DNA from: a bacterium
GTDB taxonomy: Bacteria; UBA8248
Direction: 5' to 3'
DNA: 64,000 nt
Assembly (NCBI GenBank): GCA_965261085.1
Contig: OZ253442.1
Coordinates: 3,488,001-3,552,000 of the forward strand
A program made the position numbers and the translations under genes. Below, one piece after another: positions 17,277 to 27,703 of this stretch. Each line of letters starts with the position of its first letter. Position 1 is the stretch's first letter. Below the pieces are notes generated by a model. The model saw nothing but the letters and a program-made list of their open reading frames with translations. It ran no database searches and was not told the origin of the DNA.

Positions 17277-18080
17277 TCACGCTCCTATCCATATCGCCGA
17301 CAACAATCTCCCCGTGGACGGCCCGTCTCGGCGATAGGAGAAAAATCTCGACGATTCCGAGAACGTGCAGGGGCCCGGCGCGCCAATCCGGCTTTCGGGA
17401 ATCCCCGCCGAGGCCAACTGAAGCCTCGCCGCAAGGGGAAGGTCCAGCAGCCATTTGCCCCGCCCCAGTGGCGTGGTGAAATCTCTCCAGTTTCGGTGCC
17501 GTTCGCGAAAAGGCGGCAAGCACTCCTCGTCCACCTCGTAGCGCTCCCCGGAAATGGCGGGGCCGAGGGCGGCCCGCATGTCCCGTGGCTCGCAGCCGTA
17601 TTCCTCCCTCATCCGCTCGATGGTCCCGGGCAATACGCCGCCGGCCACCCCCTTGCGTCCCGCATGCACGGCGGCGACGACCATCTTCCGGGCGTCTGCG
17701 ATGAGCACGGGTATACAATCCGCCGTCTGAACCGCTACGCCTAAGTCAGGGACATTCGTAACCAGGGCGTCGCCACACGCTTTTTCATCGGGGGAAACAT
17801 CCTCGGCCACGAGAACATCGCACCCGTGCACCTGTTTTACTTCCACCAGGCGTTCCGCCGGAAAATCGGCGGCTTCAAAAAAACGCCTCCTGTTTTCCGC
17901 TACATTTTCGGGGACTTCACACCTGGCGCGCCCGAGGTTCAGGGAACGGAAGCCGCCCTCGCTCACCCCTCCTCTTCGGGTGCTGAACCCGTGACGCAGG
18001 AAAGCGAGTTCTTCCAGCAGCGGTGATCTCAGAAATTCAACGCCGCCGGATTCGTGACGCTCCAAAGAAATCATCCACAA
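17277..18080 (-). CDS. pgeF: Peptidoglycan editing factor / purine nucleoside phosphorylase (YfiH/PgeF)
   Basis: HGFSTRRGGVS, QVHG, TADCIP, HAGRKG, FFSYRR. Confidence 0.93.
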   Translation of the reverse strand: MWMISLERHESGGVEFLRSPLLEELAFLRHGFSTRRGGVSEGGFRSLNLGRARCEVPENVAENRRRFFEAADFPAERLVEVKQVHGCDVLVAEDVSPDEKACGDALVTNVPDLGVAVQTADCIPVLIADARKMVVAAVHAGRKGVAGGVLPGTIERMREEYGCEPRDMRAALGPAISGERYEVDEECLPPFRERHRNWRDFTTPLGRGKWLLDLPLAARLQLASAGIPESRIGAPGPCTFSESSRFFSYRRDGPSTGRLLSAIWIGA

Positions 18081-18197
18081 CCCATCCCGGACGAGAAGAA
18101 ATCATCGAACACCTCTGCATAAACTCCCCTGCTCTGCTCACATTATAAAGAGAGGTCCGTGACGCCACAAGAAACAGGCTCATGCTCTCGAGAAAGG

Positions 18198-18231
18198 CGC
18201 GACTGGGGGAGAATGCTCTCCCCCAGTCGCG
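18198..18231 (-). terminator. 15-bp perfect hairpin downstream of ftsZ (terminator or stability element)
   Basis: CGCGACTGGGGGAGA-ATGC-TCTCCCCCAGTCGCG, with only a weak U tract on the minus strand. Confidence 0.55.
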
Positions 18232-18294
18232 TCCATGGGGAATGCGTCGTCAGGCGCGAGAGAGGCCCCCCCGGCCGAACGACGTTGGGGAGTT

Positions 18295-19443
18295 TCAGTC
18301 AACCTGCTTTCGCAGGAAGGTGGGCACGTCCAGATCGTCATCCTCCAGATTATCGGGGACACCGGATTGCGTTTTAGTGTTTTTCAGTCGGATATACGTG
18401 GGAACCGAAATTTTTCCGCCCTCGGTGCCCGTGGCTTCCGCTTCCAGAGGGGGAACCTCTCGAATCGATTCCCGCCCAAAGCCCGTCGCGATGACAGTCA
18501 CGCGAATCTGGTTCTCCAGGTTCGGGTCAATCACCGAACCGAAAATAATGTTGGCGTCCTGGTGCGCTTTTTCATGGACGAGTTTGCAGGCCTCGTTCAC
18601 CTCGAAGAGCGCCAGATCATTACCTCCGGTGATGTTGATGAGCACGCCCCGGGAACCCTCGATGGTCCCCTCCTCGAGCAACGGGCTGTTGATGGCGTTT
18701 TGCGCGGCGATGACGGCGCGATTCTCGCCCTGGCCCGTACCGCTGCCCATAAGCGCCTTGCCGCCCATGTCGCGCATGATGGTGCGCACGTCGGCGAAAT
18801 CGAGATTGATCAGGCCTGGCGTGGTGATGAGGTCGGCGATTCCCTTACACGCCTGCAACAAGACGTTGTTCGCCTTCTGGAAAGCTTCCATCATCGGCGT
18901 GGAACGCTCGACCATTCCCAGGAGACGCTGATTGGGGATGGTAATGAGCGTGTTCACGGCCTCGCGCAACTCATCGATCCCCTCGTCGGCTTGACTCATC
19001 CGGCGAGGGCCCTCGAACTCGAAAGGCTTGGTGACGACGCCCACCGTCAGCACGCCCGCCTCTTTCGCGATGCGCGCGATGACGGGAGCGGCGCCCGTGC
19101 CCGTACCGCCGCCCATCCCTGCGGTGACGAACACCATCTCGAGTTTCTGCATGAATTCAGAAAGACGCTCGGTGTCCTCCAGGGCGGCTTTCCGGCCGAC
19201 ATCGGGGTTTCCGCCAGCCCCCAGGCCGTTCGTCAACTCCTGGCCGATCTGAATTTTCTCGGACGCCAGAGAGCGCTCCAAAACCTGGGCGTCCGTGTTT
19301 GCAGCCACGAACTGAACACCCTCCATGCCCTCTGAAATCATGGTGTTGACGGCGTTGCCTCCGCCGCCTCCTACGCCGACGACCGCGATTCTCGCGCTAC
19401 ACGGCGGCCCCTGATCCAGTGTGAAAAACGTCGAATCACTCAT
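18295..19443 (-). CDS. ftsZ: Cell division protein FtsZ
   Basis: [27 protein letters not shown]-terminal [10 protein letters not shown]. Confidence 0.98.
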   Translation of the reverse strand: MSDSTFFTLDQGPPCSARIAVVGVGGGGGNAVNTMISEGMEGVQFVAANTDAQVLERSLASEKIQIGQELTNGLGAGGNPDVGRKAALEDTERLSEFMQKLEMVFVTAGMGGGTGTGAAPVIARIAKEAGVLTVGVVTKPFEFEGPRRMSQADEGIDELREAVNTLITIPNQRLLGMVERSTPMMEAFQKANNVLLQACKGIADLITTPGLINLDFADVRTIMRDMGGKALMGSGTGQGENRAVIAAQNAINSPLLEEGTIEGSRGVLINITGGNDLALFEVNEACKLVHEKAHQDANIIFGSVIDPNLENQIRVTVIATGFGRESIREVPPLEAEATGTEGGKISVPTYIRLKNTKTQSGVPDNLEDDDLDVPTFLRKQVD

Positions 19444-19490
19444 TCTCCCCCCCTTCGATCTTGGGAAGCTCTCCCTGCTCCCCCTCCTGA

Positions 19491-20732
19491 TCATTTGAAT
19501 ACACTAGCAAAAACATGGCGGATTTTTTGTGTTGTTTGACGAATCGGGCCGTGCGACGCCCCGTTCGTGAGGCCCCGGCGCTTTGGGGCGCCTGCTTTCA
19601 TGGCGTAAATCACCAGGCCCACGGCGGTGGAGTACATGGGTCCGTTGACCATATCCACGAGCCCGCCGATGCCGCTGGGAACGCCCAGTCTCACCGGAAG
19701 CTGAAGCACGTTCTCGGCCAGTTCATCGGCGCCCTCGATAATGCTTGCCCCACCCGTGAGCACGACCCCGGCGGGAAGGAGATCCTCCATGCCGCTTTTT
19801 TGTATCTCACGGCGGATGAGCGTCAATATCTCCTCCATGCGGGGTTCGATGATCTCGGCGAGCATCTGGCGGCTCAATATGCGCGGCGGGCGGCCTCCCA
19901 CGCTGGGTACTTCGATCTCCTCATCGTTCGACACACGGGCGGCCATCGCACAGCCGTGCTCCTGCTTGATTCTCTCCGCCTGGTAATCCGGCGTCCGCAA
20001 TCCTATCGCCATATCCCGCGTGATATGGCTGCCGCCCACGGGGATGACGGCCGAATGGCGCAGCGCGCCCCCGCTGATGACGGCGACGTCCGAGGTGCCG
20101 CTCCCGATGTCCACGATGGCCACGCCCAGGTCGCGCTCATCATCGCTCAGCGCGGCCAGTGAGGAGGCGAAAGGCTGAAGCACCAGGCGCTCGACATTCA
20201 AGCCCGCCTTCTCGACGCTGCGGGTGATGTTCTGAATCGCAGGAATCGCGCCCGTCACGACGTGGACCTTGCACTCCAGGCGAACGCCCGCCATTCCCGC
20301 GGGTTCGGTAATTCCCTCTTGATCGTCGACGATATATTCCTGCGGCAGCACATGAATGATTTCGTGATCCGTCGGCATCGTAACCGCGCGCGCCTGCTCG
20401 ACGACGCGATCAATATCCTCTTGCGTCACAATCTTGCTCTTGATGGCCACGATACCGTTGGTGTTGAAGCTGCGAATGTGCCCCCCCGCCACACCAACGA
20501 ATGCGGAGCGAATGGGGGAGCCGCTGATGAACTCCGCCTCTCCCACCGCCGTTTGAATCGACTCCACCGTCTGATCGATATTCACCACCGAGCCTCGGTT
20601 GAGCCCTTTCGAAGCGGTTTTTCCCAGACCTACGACTTCAAGGGAACCGTCCTCGTTCACCTCGGCCACGACCACACAGATTTTCGAGGTGCCGATGTCC
20701 AAACCCACCAGCACGTCGCTTCGTTTGCTCAT
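19491..20732 (-). CDS. ftsA: Cell division protein FtsA
   Basis: [23 protein letters not shown]. Confidence 0.97.
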   Translation of the reverse strand: MSKRSDVLVGLDIGTSKICVVVAEVNEDGSLEVVGLGKTASKGLNRGSVVNIDQTVESIQTAVGEAEFISGSPIRSAFVGVAGGHIRSFNTNGIVAIKSKIVTQEDIDRVVEQARAVTMPTDHEIIHVLPQEYIVDDQEGITEPAGMAGVRLECKVHVVTGAIPAIQNITRSVEKAGLNVERLVLQPFASSLAALSDDERDLGVAIVDIGSGTSDVAVISGGALRHSAVIPVGGSHITRDMAIGLRTPDYQAERIKQEHGCAMAARVSNDEEIEVPSVGGRPPRILSRQMLAEIIEPRMEEILTLIRREIQKSGMEDLLPAGVVLTGGASIIEGADELAENVLQLPVRLGVPSGIGGLVDMVNGPMYSTAVGLVIYAMKAGAPKRRGLTNGASHGPIRQTTQKIRHVFASVFK

Positions 20733-21643
20733 CCTATTGTCCCTCCATCCTTTGTGAGCGGCCGAACGATAACCCTGCCGGGAAATCTCAGATCGAACTG
20801 GAGGCCGCCCCCTCCGAATTTCTCCTGGCGGAGAACGTCATCCGCAACGGCCCGGAGCCGACCGGCCTGACTCTCCATCCTTTCTTCACTGACCATGAGT
20901 TCCACCTTTCCCTCCAAGGCGCGAAGCCGGAGTTGACCCGATCCGGTGTTTCGCACGGAAACGCACTCGCCGCGAATCACCGGAGAATCCTGGAATAAAA
21001 AGACCGCTTCGATGGAGCGCGCCAGGCGCGGGTCGCGAACAACGTCGCCCGGCCGCCGGCGTCTCGAGTCGAATCCCTCGACCATGGGCAAGCATCCCGC
21101 GAGCGGCGTCACGGGCTTGCCGAGCACGACGCCATCCTCATCCACCACGAGGGCTTCAGCGCCCATGATGAGTGCGGCGGGTTTGCGCTCGAGGATATCG
21201 ACCTGGAGGAAATGGGGCGGACGCATGCGCACGCTCGCGCGCTTTATCCACGGATGAGAGGCCACGCGCGCGCGTACGGCCGCCAAATCGGCGTCGAATA
21301 TGTTCGTTCCCGGTTCGACCCCCACGAGTTTTTCGATGTCCTCGGCTCGAAGCGTCTGATGCCCCGTCACCACCACCTTGCTCAACTCGAAATGACGGCT
21401 GCTCTTCGCCCACCGGACCGCGTGCCCGCCCAGGAGAAGCACCTCCACCAAAACCAAAAAACCGATTGCGGGCCATATCCAGTTTGCGCCTGCTCTTATT
21501 TTGCCACCTCGCCCGACTCTTTTTTGGGTGTCTCGCTTGACGCTCTTTTTGACGATCCGGGGGAGTTCGGCCGTCTGGGCGAGATTCAGGAAAACTTCCC
21601 GGCTCCTGGCTTTCCCTCTCCACTTGAACGATAAACGCCTCAC
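20729..21643 (-). CDS. ftsQ: Cell division protein FtsQ
   Basis: TM helix plus POTRA (HPWIKRASV, ERKP), C-terminal DLRF. Position before ftsA. Confidence 0.88.
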   Translation of the reverse strand: MRRLSFKWRGKARSREVFLNLAQTAELPRIVKKSVKRDTQKRVGRGGKIRAGANWIWPAIGFLVLVEVLLLGGHAVRWAKSSRHFELSKVVVTGHQTLRAEDIEKLVGVEPGTNIFDADLAAVRARVASHPWIKRASVRMRPPHFLQVDILERKPAALIMGAEALVVDEDGVVLGKPVTPLAGCLPMVEGFDSRRRRPGDVVRDPRLARSIEAVFLFQDSPVIRGECVSVRNTGSGQLRLRALEGKVELMVSEERMESQAGRLRAVADDVLRQEKFGGGGLQFDLRFPGRVIVRPLTKDGGTIG

Positions 21644-22593
21644 GCCGGGTCCTCCCCGATGACGTTCAACTCCAGGATCAGCTCGATGCCCTTTTGCTCC
21701 AAAATCGTTCTTTTCACTTCGCCGATGAGCGCCAGCACATCCGCCGCCGTGGCCCCACCGAGGTTCACCATGAAATTCCCGTGCACCTCGCTCACTTGCG
21801 CGCCGCCGACGCGCATCCCCTTGAGGCCCGCCGCTTCGACGAGCACGCCTGCGCGCTCGCCGGGTGGATTCTTGAATATGGACCCCGCGCAGGGCACCCC
21901 CCAGGGCTGGCGCTCCCGCCTTTGAACGGCGCTTCGCCTCAATTGCTCCCGCAACTCATCGGCGTCCGCCGGCCGGAGCGAGAAGCGAACGGACAACACC
22001 ACGCCCGGCGCGGGCAATTCGGCGCGCCGATACGAGAAACGCAAGTCCTTCGCGGAGAGCCGCTCGGGAGCGCCCCCATCCAGAGGCGCCCAGCGAACGC
22101 TCTCCACGGCGTCTTCGATGTATGATTCGGCGGTACCCGCGTTCATGGCCAAGGCGCCTCCCACGGTGCCGGGAACCCCCGCCAGACATTCGGTTCCCGC
22201 CCAGCCGCGCTCGGCGGCGAAGCGTACCAGCGCCGGAATCTTCTCTCCCGCGCGCGCTTCGAGCAGTATGCGCTCCGCGCTCTCCTCGACCACTTCGATT
22301 CCCCTGAAGGCCTTTGGAAACGCGATGACCACCCCGCGGACGCCTCCGTCGCGCACCAGGGTGTTGGCGCCGCCGCCCAAAACCGTGACCGGCAACGCCT
22401 CGCTCCGGCATCTCTCAATCAACTCCACCAGTTCGTCTTCCGTCGCGGGCAGCGCGAGGGCGTCCGCCGGACCACCCACCTGAAACGTGGTGTATGCGGC
22501 CAGCATTTCATCGAAAAGAATCTCGCAATCGAGACCTTTGAGCTTTTCCGCCATCTCCAGCGCCATGACTTCCTCCGCCGACCCGATGCTCAT
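21640..22593 (-). CDS. murB: UDP-N-acetylmuramate dehydrogenase
   Basis: TTFQVGGPA, GVPGTVGGALAMNAG, AGSIFKNP, HGNF. Confidence 0.96.
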   Translation of the reverse strand: MSIGSAEEVMALEMAEKLKGLDCEILFDEMLAAYTTFQVGGPADALALPATEDELVELIERCRSEALPVTVLGGGANTLVRDGGVRGVVIAFPKAFRGIEVVEESAERILLEARAGEKIPALVRFAAERGWAGTECLAGVPGTVGGALAMNAGTAESYIEDAVESVRWAPLDGGAPERLSAKDLRFSYRRAELPAPGVVLSVRFSLRPADADELREQLRRSAVQRRERQPWGVPCAGSIFKNPPGERAGVLVEAAGLKGMRVGGAQVSEVHGNFMVNLGGATAADVLALIGEVKRTILEQKGIELILELNVIGEDPA

Positions 22594-24020
22594 ACCGCTT
22601 CCTCTGATTCGCCATCTCTACGCTCGAGCCTTCCGAGCAGATCCCGGCCCGCCTTCCAGACGTCGCCCGCGCCCAGCGTGAGAACAATGTCGCCGCTCCC
22701 CGTCTCCTCGAACAGGCGATTCGAGGCATCCTCCAGACCGGCCACCGCATCGCAACTCCGGTGGCCGTGCGCCCTGATCCCCTCGGCGAGTTTTTCCGAA
22801 CTCACGCCCTCGATGGGCGCCTCGCCTGCGGCGTATATGGGCGCGACGAGCACCCTGTCGGCATCGTAAAAAGCGGTGTGGAAGGCTCCTTCGAGATGAT
22901 GCGTTCTCGTGTAGCGATGCGGCTGAAACAACACCACCAGGCGATTTTCCGGCCAGGCCTCGCGAACGGCGCGGAGCGTGACCTTGATCTCCTGGGGATG
23001 GTGCCCGTAGTCATCGAAAATCGTGACCCCCGATGTCGCGCCAATCCGCTCCAGGCGGCGGCCGATGCCGTCGAACTCGTGGAGTCCTCTTTGAATGTCC
23101 CCGAAGGAGACGTCGAGCTCCATCGATACGGCGGCGGCGGCCAGGGCGTTGTCCGCGTTGTGGCGCCCGGGCATGAGGAGGCGAATCTCGCCGAGTCGCT
23201 CTCCATGTCGTTTGACGCCAAAGACCGCCTCTCCGTTTTCGTAGCGAAACTCCTCGCCCACGTAATCCGCCTGGGTGCCGAACCCATAGGTGAAGAACTG
23301 CTTCTCCACGTGAGGGATGATCTCCTGAACCGCGGGATGATCCAGGCACAAGACCGAAAAACCATAAAAGGGCACCTTGTTCACGAATTCCAAGAACGCG
23401 GTCTTGATCGCGCCGTAATTCTCATAGAAATCCAGATGCTCCTCGTCGATGTTCGTCACGATCGCAATCGTGGGGGTGAGCCTCAAGAACGTGCCGTCAC
23501 TCTCATCGGCCTCCGCCACCAGATAGTCGCCCTCGCCCATTCGCGCATTCGAGCCCAGGGCGTTGATGCGTCCGCCCACGACGACCGTGGGGTCGAGACC
23601 GCCGGCCGCCAAGGCCGCCGCGATAAACGAGGTGGTGGTCGTCTTGCCGTGCGTCCCCGCCACGCCGATGCTGTATTTCATGCGCATGAGTTCGGACAAC
23701 ATCTCCGCGCGCTTGATGACGGGGATTTTCCGTCGCCTGGCTTCCGCCACTTCGACGTTCTCATTCGTAACCGCCGAGCTGTAGACCAAAACGTCCACTC
23801 CCGCCACGTTTTCCTTTTTGTGTCCCAGAACCACCTTGGCGCCCAGTCCGCGAAGCCTGAATATCGCCTCGTTGCTCGCGATGTCCGAGCCGCTGATCTC
23901 ATAGCCCAGGTTCAGCAAGACCTCGGCGATGCCGCACATGCCCGTCCCGCCGATGCCCACGAAATGAACGCGGTTCGAGTGCCTGAACATAGCGTGTGTG
24001 GCGTATGGTCGCGCTATCAC
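22590..24020 (-). CDS. murC: UDP-N-acetylmuramate--L-alanine ligase
   Basis: HFVGIGGTGM, AGTHGKTTT, EADESD, DDYGHHP, FQPHRYTRT. Confidence 0.97.
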   Translation of the reverse strand: MIARPYATHAMFRHSNRVHFVGIGGTGMCGIAEVLLNLGYEISGSDIASNEAIFRLRGLGAKVVLGHKKENVAGVDVLVYSSAVTNENVEVAEARRRKIPVIKRAEMLSELMRMKYSIGVAGTHGKTTTTSFIAAALAAGGLDPTVVVGGRINALGSNARMGEGDYLVAEADESDGTFLRLTPTIAIVTNIDEEHLDFYENYGAIKTAFLEFVNKVPFYGFSVLCLDHPAVQEIIPHVEKQFFTYGFGTQADYVGEEFRYENGEAVFGVKRHGERLGEIRLLMPGRHNADNALAAAAVSMELDVSFGDIQRGLHEFDGIGRRLERIGATSGVTIFDDYGHHPQEIKVTLRAVREAWPENRLVVLFQPHRYTRTHHLEGAFHTAFYDADRVLVAPIYAAGEAPIEGVSSEKLAEGIRAHGHRSCDAVAGLEDASNRLFEETGSGDIVLTLGAGDVWKAGRDLLGRLERRDGESEEAV

Positions 24021-24039
24021 TCTCAGGCTCCTTTCCTCA

Positions 24040-25125
24040 TCACGCCGCCATCGCCTGTTGACGGCATAAGGCGGCGACTGCTTCTGAAGCGTTCGCGCGG
24101 GCCAGGGATTTCGTCCGCTCCGACATGGAGACGAGCTTTCCCCGCTCCGCCTCGTATTCGAGCCAGATATCCGCCAGAACCCGGCCGCTCAAATCTTTTT
24201 GAAGAACCATTCGCGCCGCCTCGCGCTCCGCGAGATAGCGGGCATTCGCCTCCTGATGCCCGTGGGTGGCGCTGGGCAGCGGAATCAACACGGCGGGGAG
24301 CGACATCGCGGACAACTCCGCCACGCTCACCGCTCCCGCGCGCGAGAAGCATACCTGCGCCCAGCGATAGCGATCCGCCATGTCGTGCAGATAAGGCGCC
24401 ACGTCCGCTTGCGCGCCGACCTGCTCATAGGCCGCGCGCACGCGGGGGAAATCCGCCTCTCCCGTCTGGTGAACGAACCGCATTTTCCCGAGCGCCTCAC
24501 CCAAGAGGGGCAACGCCTCCATCACCGCCTCGTTGATGGCTCTCGCCCCCTGGCTTCCGCCGAAGATGAGCACCTTCAAAGGCCCGCCCCAGGAATCTTC
24601 GCCGCGTTCGAAATTCTCTGAAAACTCGCTCCTGAGCGGCAGGCCCGTCTCGACGATTTTCCCGCGAGCAAAGCCTGCGTCCCGAACTGGCAGACCCACG
24701 GCGACCCTGGACGCAAAACGCGACAGCAGCCGGTTCGCCACACCGGGAACGACGTTTTGCTCGATCAGGACAATCGGCTTTCTCCAGAGCCCGGCCGCAG
24801 CGACCGAGGGAACGCTGGAATAGCCGCCCACCCCCAAAACGACATGGGGACGAAAGCGCCTCAGGATTCCCATCGCCTGACAGAATCCATAACTCACCAT
24901 GGCCATCGCCTTGGCCCTTTGGCCCACCGAGCGTCCCAGAACGCCTGCGGAGGAAATCGCCTGAAACGGCAGGTTCTCACGCGGCAGAACCCTGGCCTCG
25001 ATCCCGCGGGCGGTGCCCACGAACAAAACTTCGTTCGCCTCTCCGCCAGCCAGCCAAGCCCTGGCCACCGCAATACCCGGGTACAGGTGTCCGCCCGTAC
25101 CGCCGCCCGCAACGAGGAGTTTCAT
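24040..25125 (-). CDS. murG: Undecaprenyldiphospho-muramoylpentapeptide GlcNAc transferase
   Basis: GGGTGGHLYPG, GGYSS, EQNVVPG, GGSQGA, HQEANA. Confidence 0.96.
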   Translation of the reverse strand: MKLLVAGGGTGGHLYPGIAVARAWLAGGEANEVLFVGTARGIEARVLPRENLPFQAISSAGVLGRSVGQRAKAMAMVSYGFCQAMGILRRFRPHVVLGVGGYSSVPSVAAAGLWRKPIVLIEQNVVPGVANRLLSRFASRVAVGLPVRDAGFARGKIVETGLPLRSEFSENFERGEDSWGGPLKVLIFGGSQGARAINEAVMEALPLLGEALGKMRFVHQTGEADFPRVRAAYEQVGAQADVAPYLHDMADRYRWAQVCFSRAGAVSVAELSAMSLPAVLIPLPSATHGHQEANARYLAEREAARMVLQKDLSGRVLADIWLEYEAERGKLVSMSERTKSLARANASEAVAALCRQQAMAA

Positions 25126-26309
25126 GAGCGCGCCCTCCTGCGGAGGACCGGCTTGCGTGCGCGCGAAATCCACCCGACTGCCGCGTCGAGCGGACTCCTC
25201 CCCCCCGATTCTCCGGGGGCTTGGTTCGATGATTCTATGGAAATCAGCACTCCCAGGGAGATGAGCGTAAACACCAAAGACGTTCCGCCCAGGCTGATCA
25301 GCGGCAGGGGTATGCCCGTGGTGGGCAGAAGGCCCGTCGCCACCGCCATGTTCAGGAAACCCTGCGCGGTGACCAGAAAAGTCACGCCCGCCGCCAGCAG
25401 GGCGCTGAAGGAATCTTCGCAGCGCATGGCTATCTGAAAACCGCGCCAAAGCAAGACAACGAACGCCGCCGCGACGCACAAGGCGCCGATGAGTCCCAAC
25501 TCCTCGCCCACGACCGCGTAGATAAAATCCGTGTGGGGTTCGGGCAAATAGAAGAGTTTTTGCTTGCCCTCGCCCAGACCCAGACCCCCAAAACCGCCTC
25601 GCGCGATGGCCAGCAAAGACTGAATGAGCTGATAACCCGCGCCTTTCGCCGCGGCGAAGGGATCCCAAAAGGCGAATATCCGCTTCATGCGCCAAGGTGC
25701 TAAGACCACCATGCCGAGCAGTACGAATCCCGTCGCGAGCGCGCAAACGCCCAGGTGGGACGTCCTCGCGCCCGCCAGGTACAACAAAACGCCGACGACC
25801 GCGGCGGTCAGGGTGGCCGTGCCCAAATCCGGTTGAATCAGTATGAGGCCCAGAATGATCCCCGCGAATCCGACCGGCGGGAGAAAACCATACATCCAAT
25901 GATTCAGGCGCTCGCCCTTGAGCGCTAAAAAATGCGCCAGAAAAATCACCAGCACCAACTTTGCGGCTTCGGCCGGCTGAAAAGAAACGGGACCCAGCAT
26001 CAGCCACCGGCGCGCGCCGCCCGCCTCTTTTCCGATGCCCGGCGCAAACACCATCAAAAGCGCGATGACGGAGGCGAACATCAAGGGAAATGCGATTTTG
26101 CGAAGGAGGCGGGGGTCCGTCTGGGTGATGACCAGCATACAGGCGAACCCGACAACGGCCCATAAAACATGGCGTTTCACGAAGTAGAACGCATCGCCGT
26201 ACCTGTCCAGCGCCAGAATATGGCTCGCGCTGAACACCATGACGACGCCGAAAGCCACCAGCCCCAGCGAGACGAAAAAGATGACGGGGTCGATTCGTTT
26301 GCGAATCAA
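25122..26309 (-). CDS. ftsW: Peptidoglycan glycosyltransferase FtsW
   Basis: GARRWL, FQPAEAAK, QPDLGT, LPEPHTDFI. Confidence 0.96.
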   Translation of the reverse strand: MIRKRIDPVIFFVSLGLVAFGVVMVFSASHILALDRYGDAFYFVKRHVLWAVVGFACMLVITQTDPRLLRKIAFPLMFASVIALLMVFAPGIGKEAGGARRWLMLGPVSFQPAEAAKLVLVIFLAHFLALKGERLNHWMYGFLPPVGFAGIILGLILIQPDLGTATLTAAVVGVLLYLAGARTSHLGVCALATGFVLLGMVVLAPWRMKRIFAFWDPFAAAKGAGYQLIQSLLAIARGGFGGLGLGEGKQKLFYLPEPHTDFIYAVVGEELGLIGALCVAAAFVVLLWRGFQIAMRCEDSFSALLAAGVTFLVTAQGFLNMAVATGLLPTTGIPLPLISLGGTSLVFTLISLGVLISIESSNQAPGESGGRSPLDAAVGWISRARKPVLRRRARS

Positions 26310-27703
26310 TTCGCATCCCTCCCCGTCAGCCCCTGCACCATTTCGCGAAACGCGTCGCCCCGGTGGGCGTAGTCGCGAAACTGATCGAAACTCGAACAAG
26401 CGGGCGAGAGAAGAACCGTATCGCCCGCTCTCGCCTCTTCTTGCGAGATGCGTACGGCTTCATCCAGCGTTTTCGCGTAGGCTAGAGGCGCGCATCCATC
26501 AAAAAAACGGCCAAAACGCTCCGCCGCCTCGCCGATGAGAATCATGCGCCTGACTTTCCGCTCCACACCGGTGCGCAAGGGCGTAAGGTCGCCTCCCTTA
26601 TCCACACCCCCGGCGATCAAGAGCACATCCCCCGTCACACTCTCCAGGCTCATCGCCGTGGCGCCCACGTTCGTTCCCTTCGAATCGTTCACCCAGCGAA
26701 CGCCTCCCATCTCGCCGACGATCTCCATGCGGTGGGGGAGTCCCTCGAAACTGCGCGCCACGCGCGCCATCACACCCACGTCCGCGCCCAGAAAATGCGC
26801 CGCCGCACATGCCGCCAAAAAATTCTCCAGGTTATGAAGGCCGGGAACCAGAAGCTCATCCGCGCCGCAAACGCGAGTGGAGCCCCCTTCATCGGCCAAA
26901 AATACATCGCCCTTTTCGACATAAGCGCCCCGGCGCACACGCCCTTTCCGGCTGAACGCCAGGACGCTTTGCGGGCCGGGGGTCATGTAGCGCGCCGTCA
27001 GGGGATCGTCGGCGTTCAGAATTTTGGCGTCCCCCTCACCCTGGTTGGCGAACAACCTCGCTTTGAGGCCTGCGTATTCATGAATGTCCGGATGCCTGTC
27101 CAGATGGTCGGGCGTCACGTTGGTCATCACGCCCACTTTCGGCTTGAGCGTGGGCGCCCATTCGAGTTGAAAGCTGCTCACCTCGCCGACGATGAAATCG
27201 GCCCCATCACCCTCGGCCTCGACCACCTCGACGAGCGCTCTTCCGATGTTTCCGCCCACCGGCGCGCGAAAATCGCTTTCCTCCAGAATCCGCCCCAGCA
27301 TAGTAGTCACCGTCGTCTTCCCGTTCGTTCCGGTGACGGCGGCGATGGGCGCGGAACAAAGGCGAGAGGCCAGCTCCACCTCGCCGATTACCTCAGCGCC
27401 TGACGCCTTCGCCAGGGCGATGTAGCGATTCGTCGCTGGAATCCCCGGACTCACCACCAACAAATCGCACTCCTCGAAACGCGCCTCATCGTGGCCGCCG
27501 AGTTCGAGAACCACGCCCGGGGGCAAGCGCTCGCCCAGGCCCGGAACTTCCTCCAAATCCGTGGCCACCACCTTCGCGCCCAGGCGCGCCAGCGCCCCCG
27601 CCGCGGCAATGCCGCTCCTCGCCATTCCCATGACGAGCGCTCGCCGCGCGGGCAGTGCTTCTATCCACGTCGTGGCCTTGTTGTCCAAAACAAGATTCCT
27701 CAT
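26306..27703 (-). CDS. murD: UDP-MurNAc-L-Ala--D-glutamate ligase
   Basis: VSPGIP, TGTNGKTT, EVSSFQL, NDSKGTN, LLSPACSSFDQF. Confidence 0.96.
   Translation of the reverse strand: MRNLVLDNKATTWIEALPARRALVMGMARSGIAAAGALARLGAKVVATDLEEVPGLGERLPPGVVLELGGHDEARFEECDLLVVSPGIPATNRYIALAKASGAEVIGEVELASRLCSAPIAAVTGTNGKTTVTTMLGRILEESDFRAPVGGNIGRALVEVVEAEGDGADFIVGEVSSFQLEWAPTLKPKVGVMTNVTPDHLDRHPDIHEYAGLKARLFANQGEGDAKILNADDPLTARYMTPGPQSVLAFSRKGRVRRGAYVEKGDVFLADEGGSTRVCGADELLVPGLHNLENFLAACAAAHFLGADVGVMARVARSFEGLPHRMEIVGEMGGVRWVNDSKGTNVGATAMSLESVTGDVLLIAGGVDKGGDLTPLRTGVERKVRRMILIGEAAERFGRFFDGCAPLAYAKTLDEAVRISQEEARAGDTVLLSPACSSFDQFRDYAHRGDAFREMVQGLTGRDAN

Noticed and set aside
22761-24536. Long plus-strand ORF (591 aa) opposite murC/murG
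   Set aside because: Antisense shadow of GC-rich coding sequence with no recognisable motifs.
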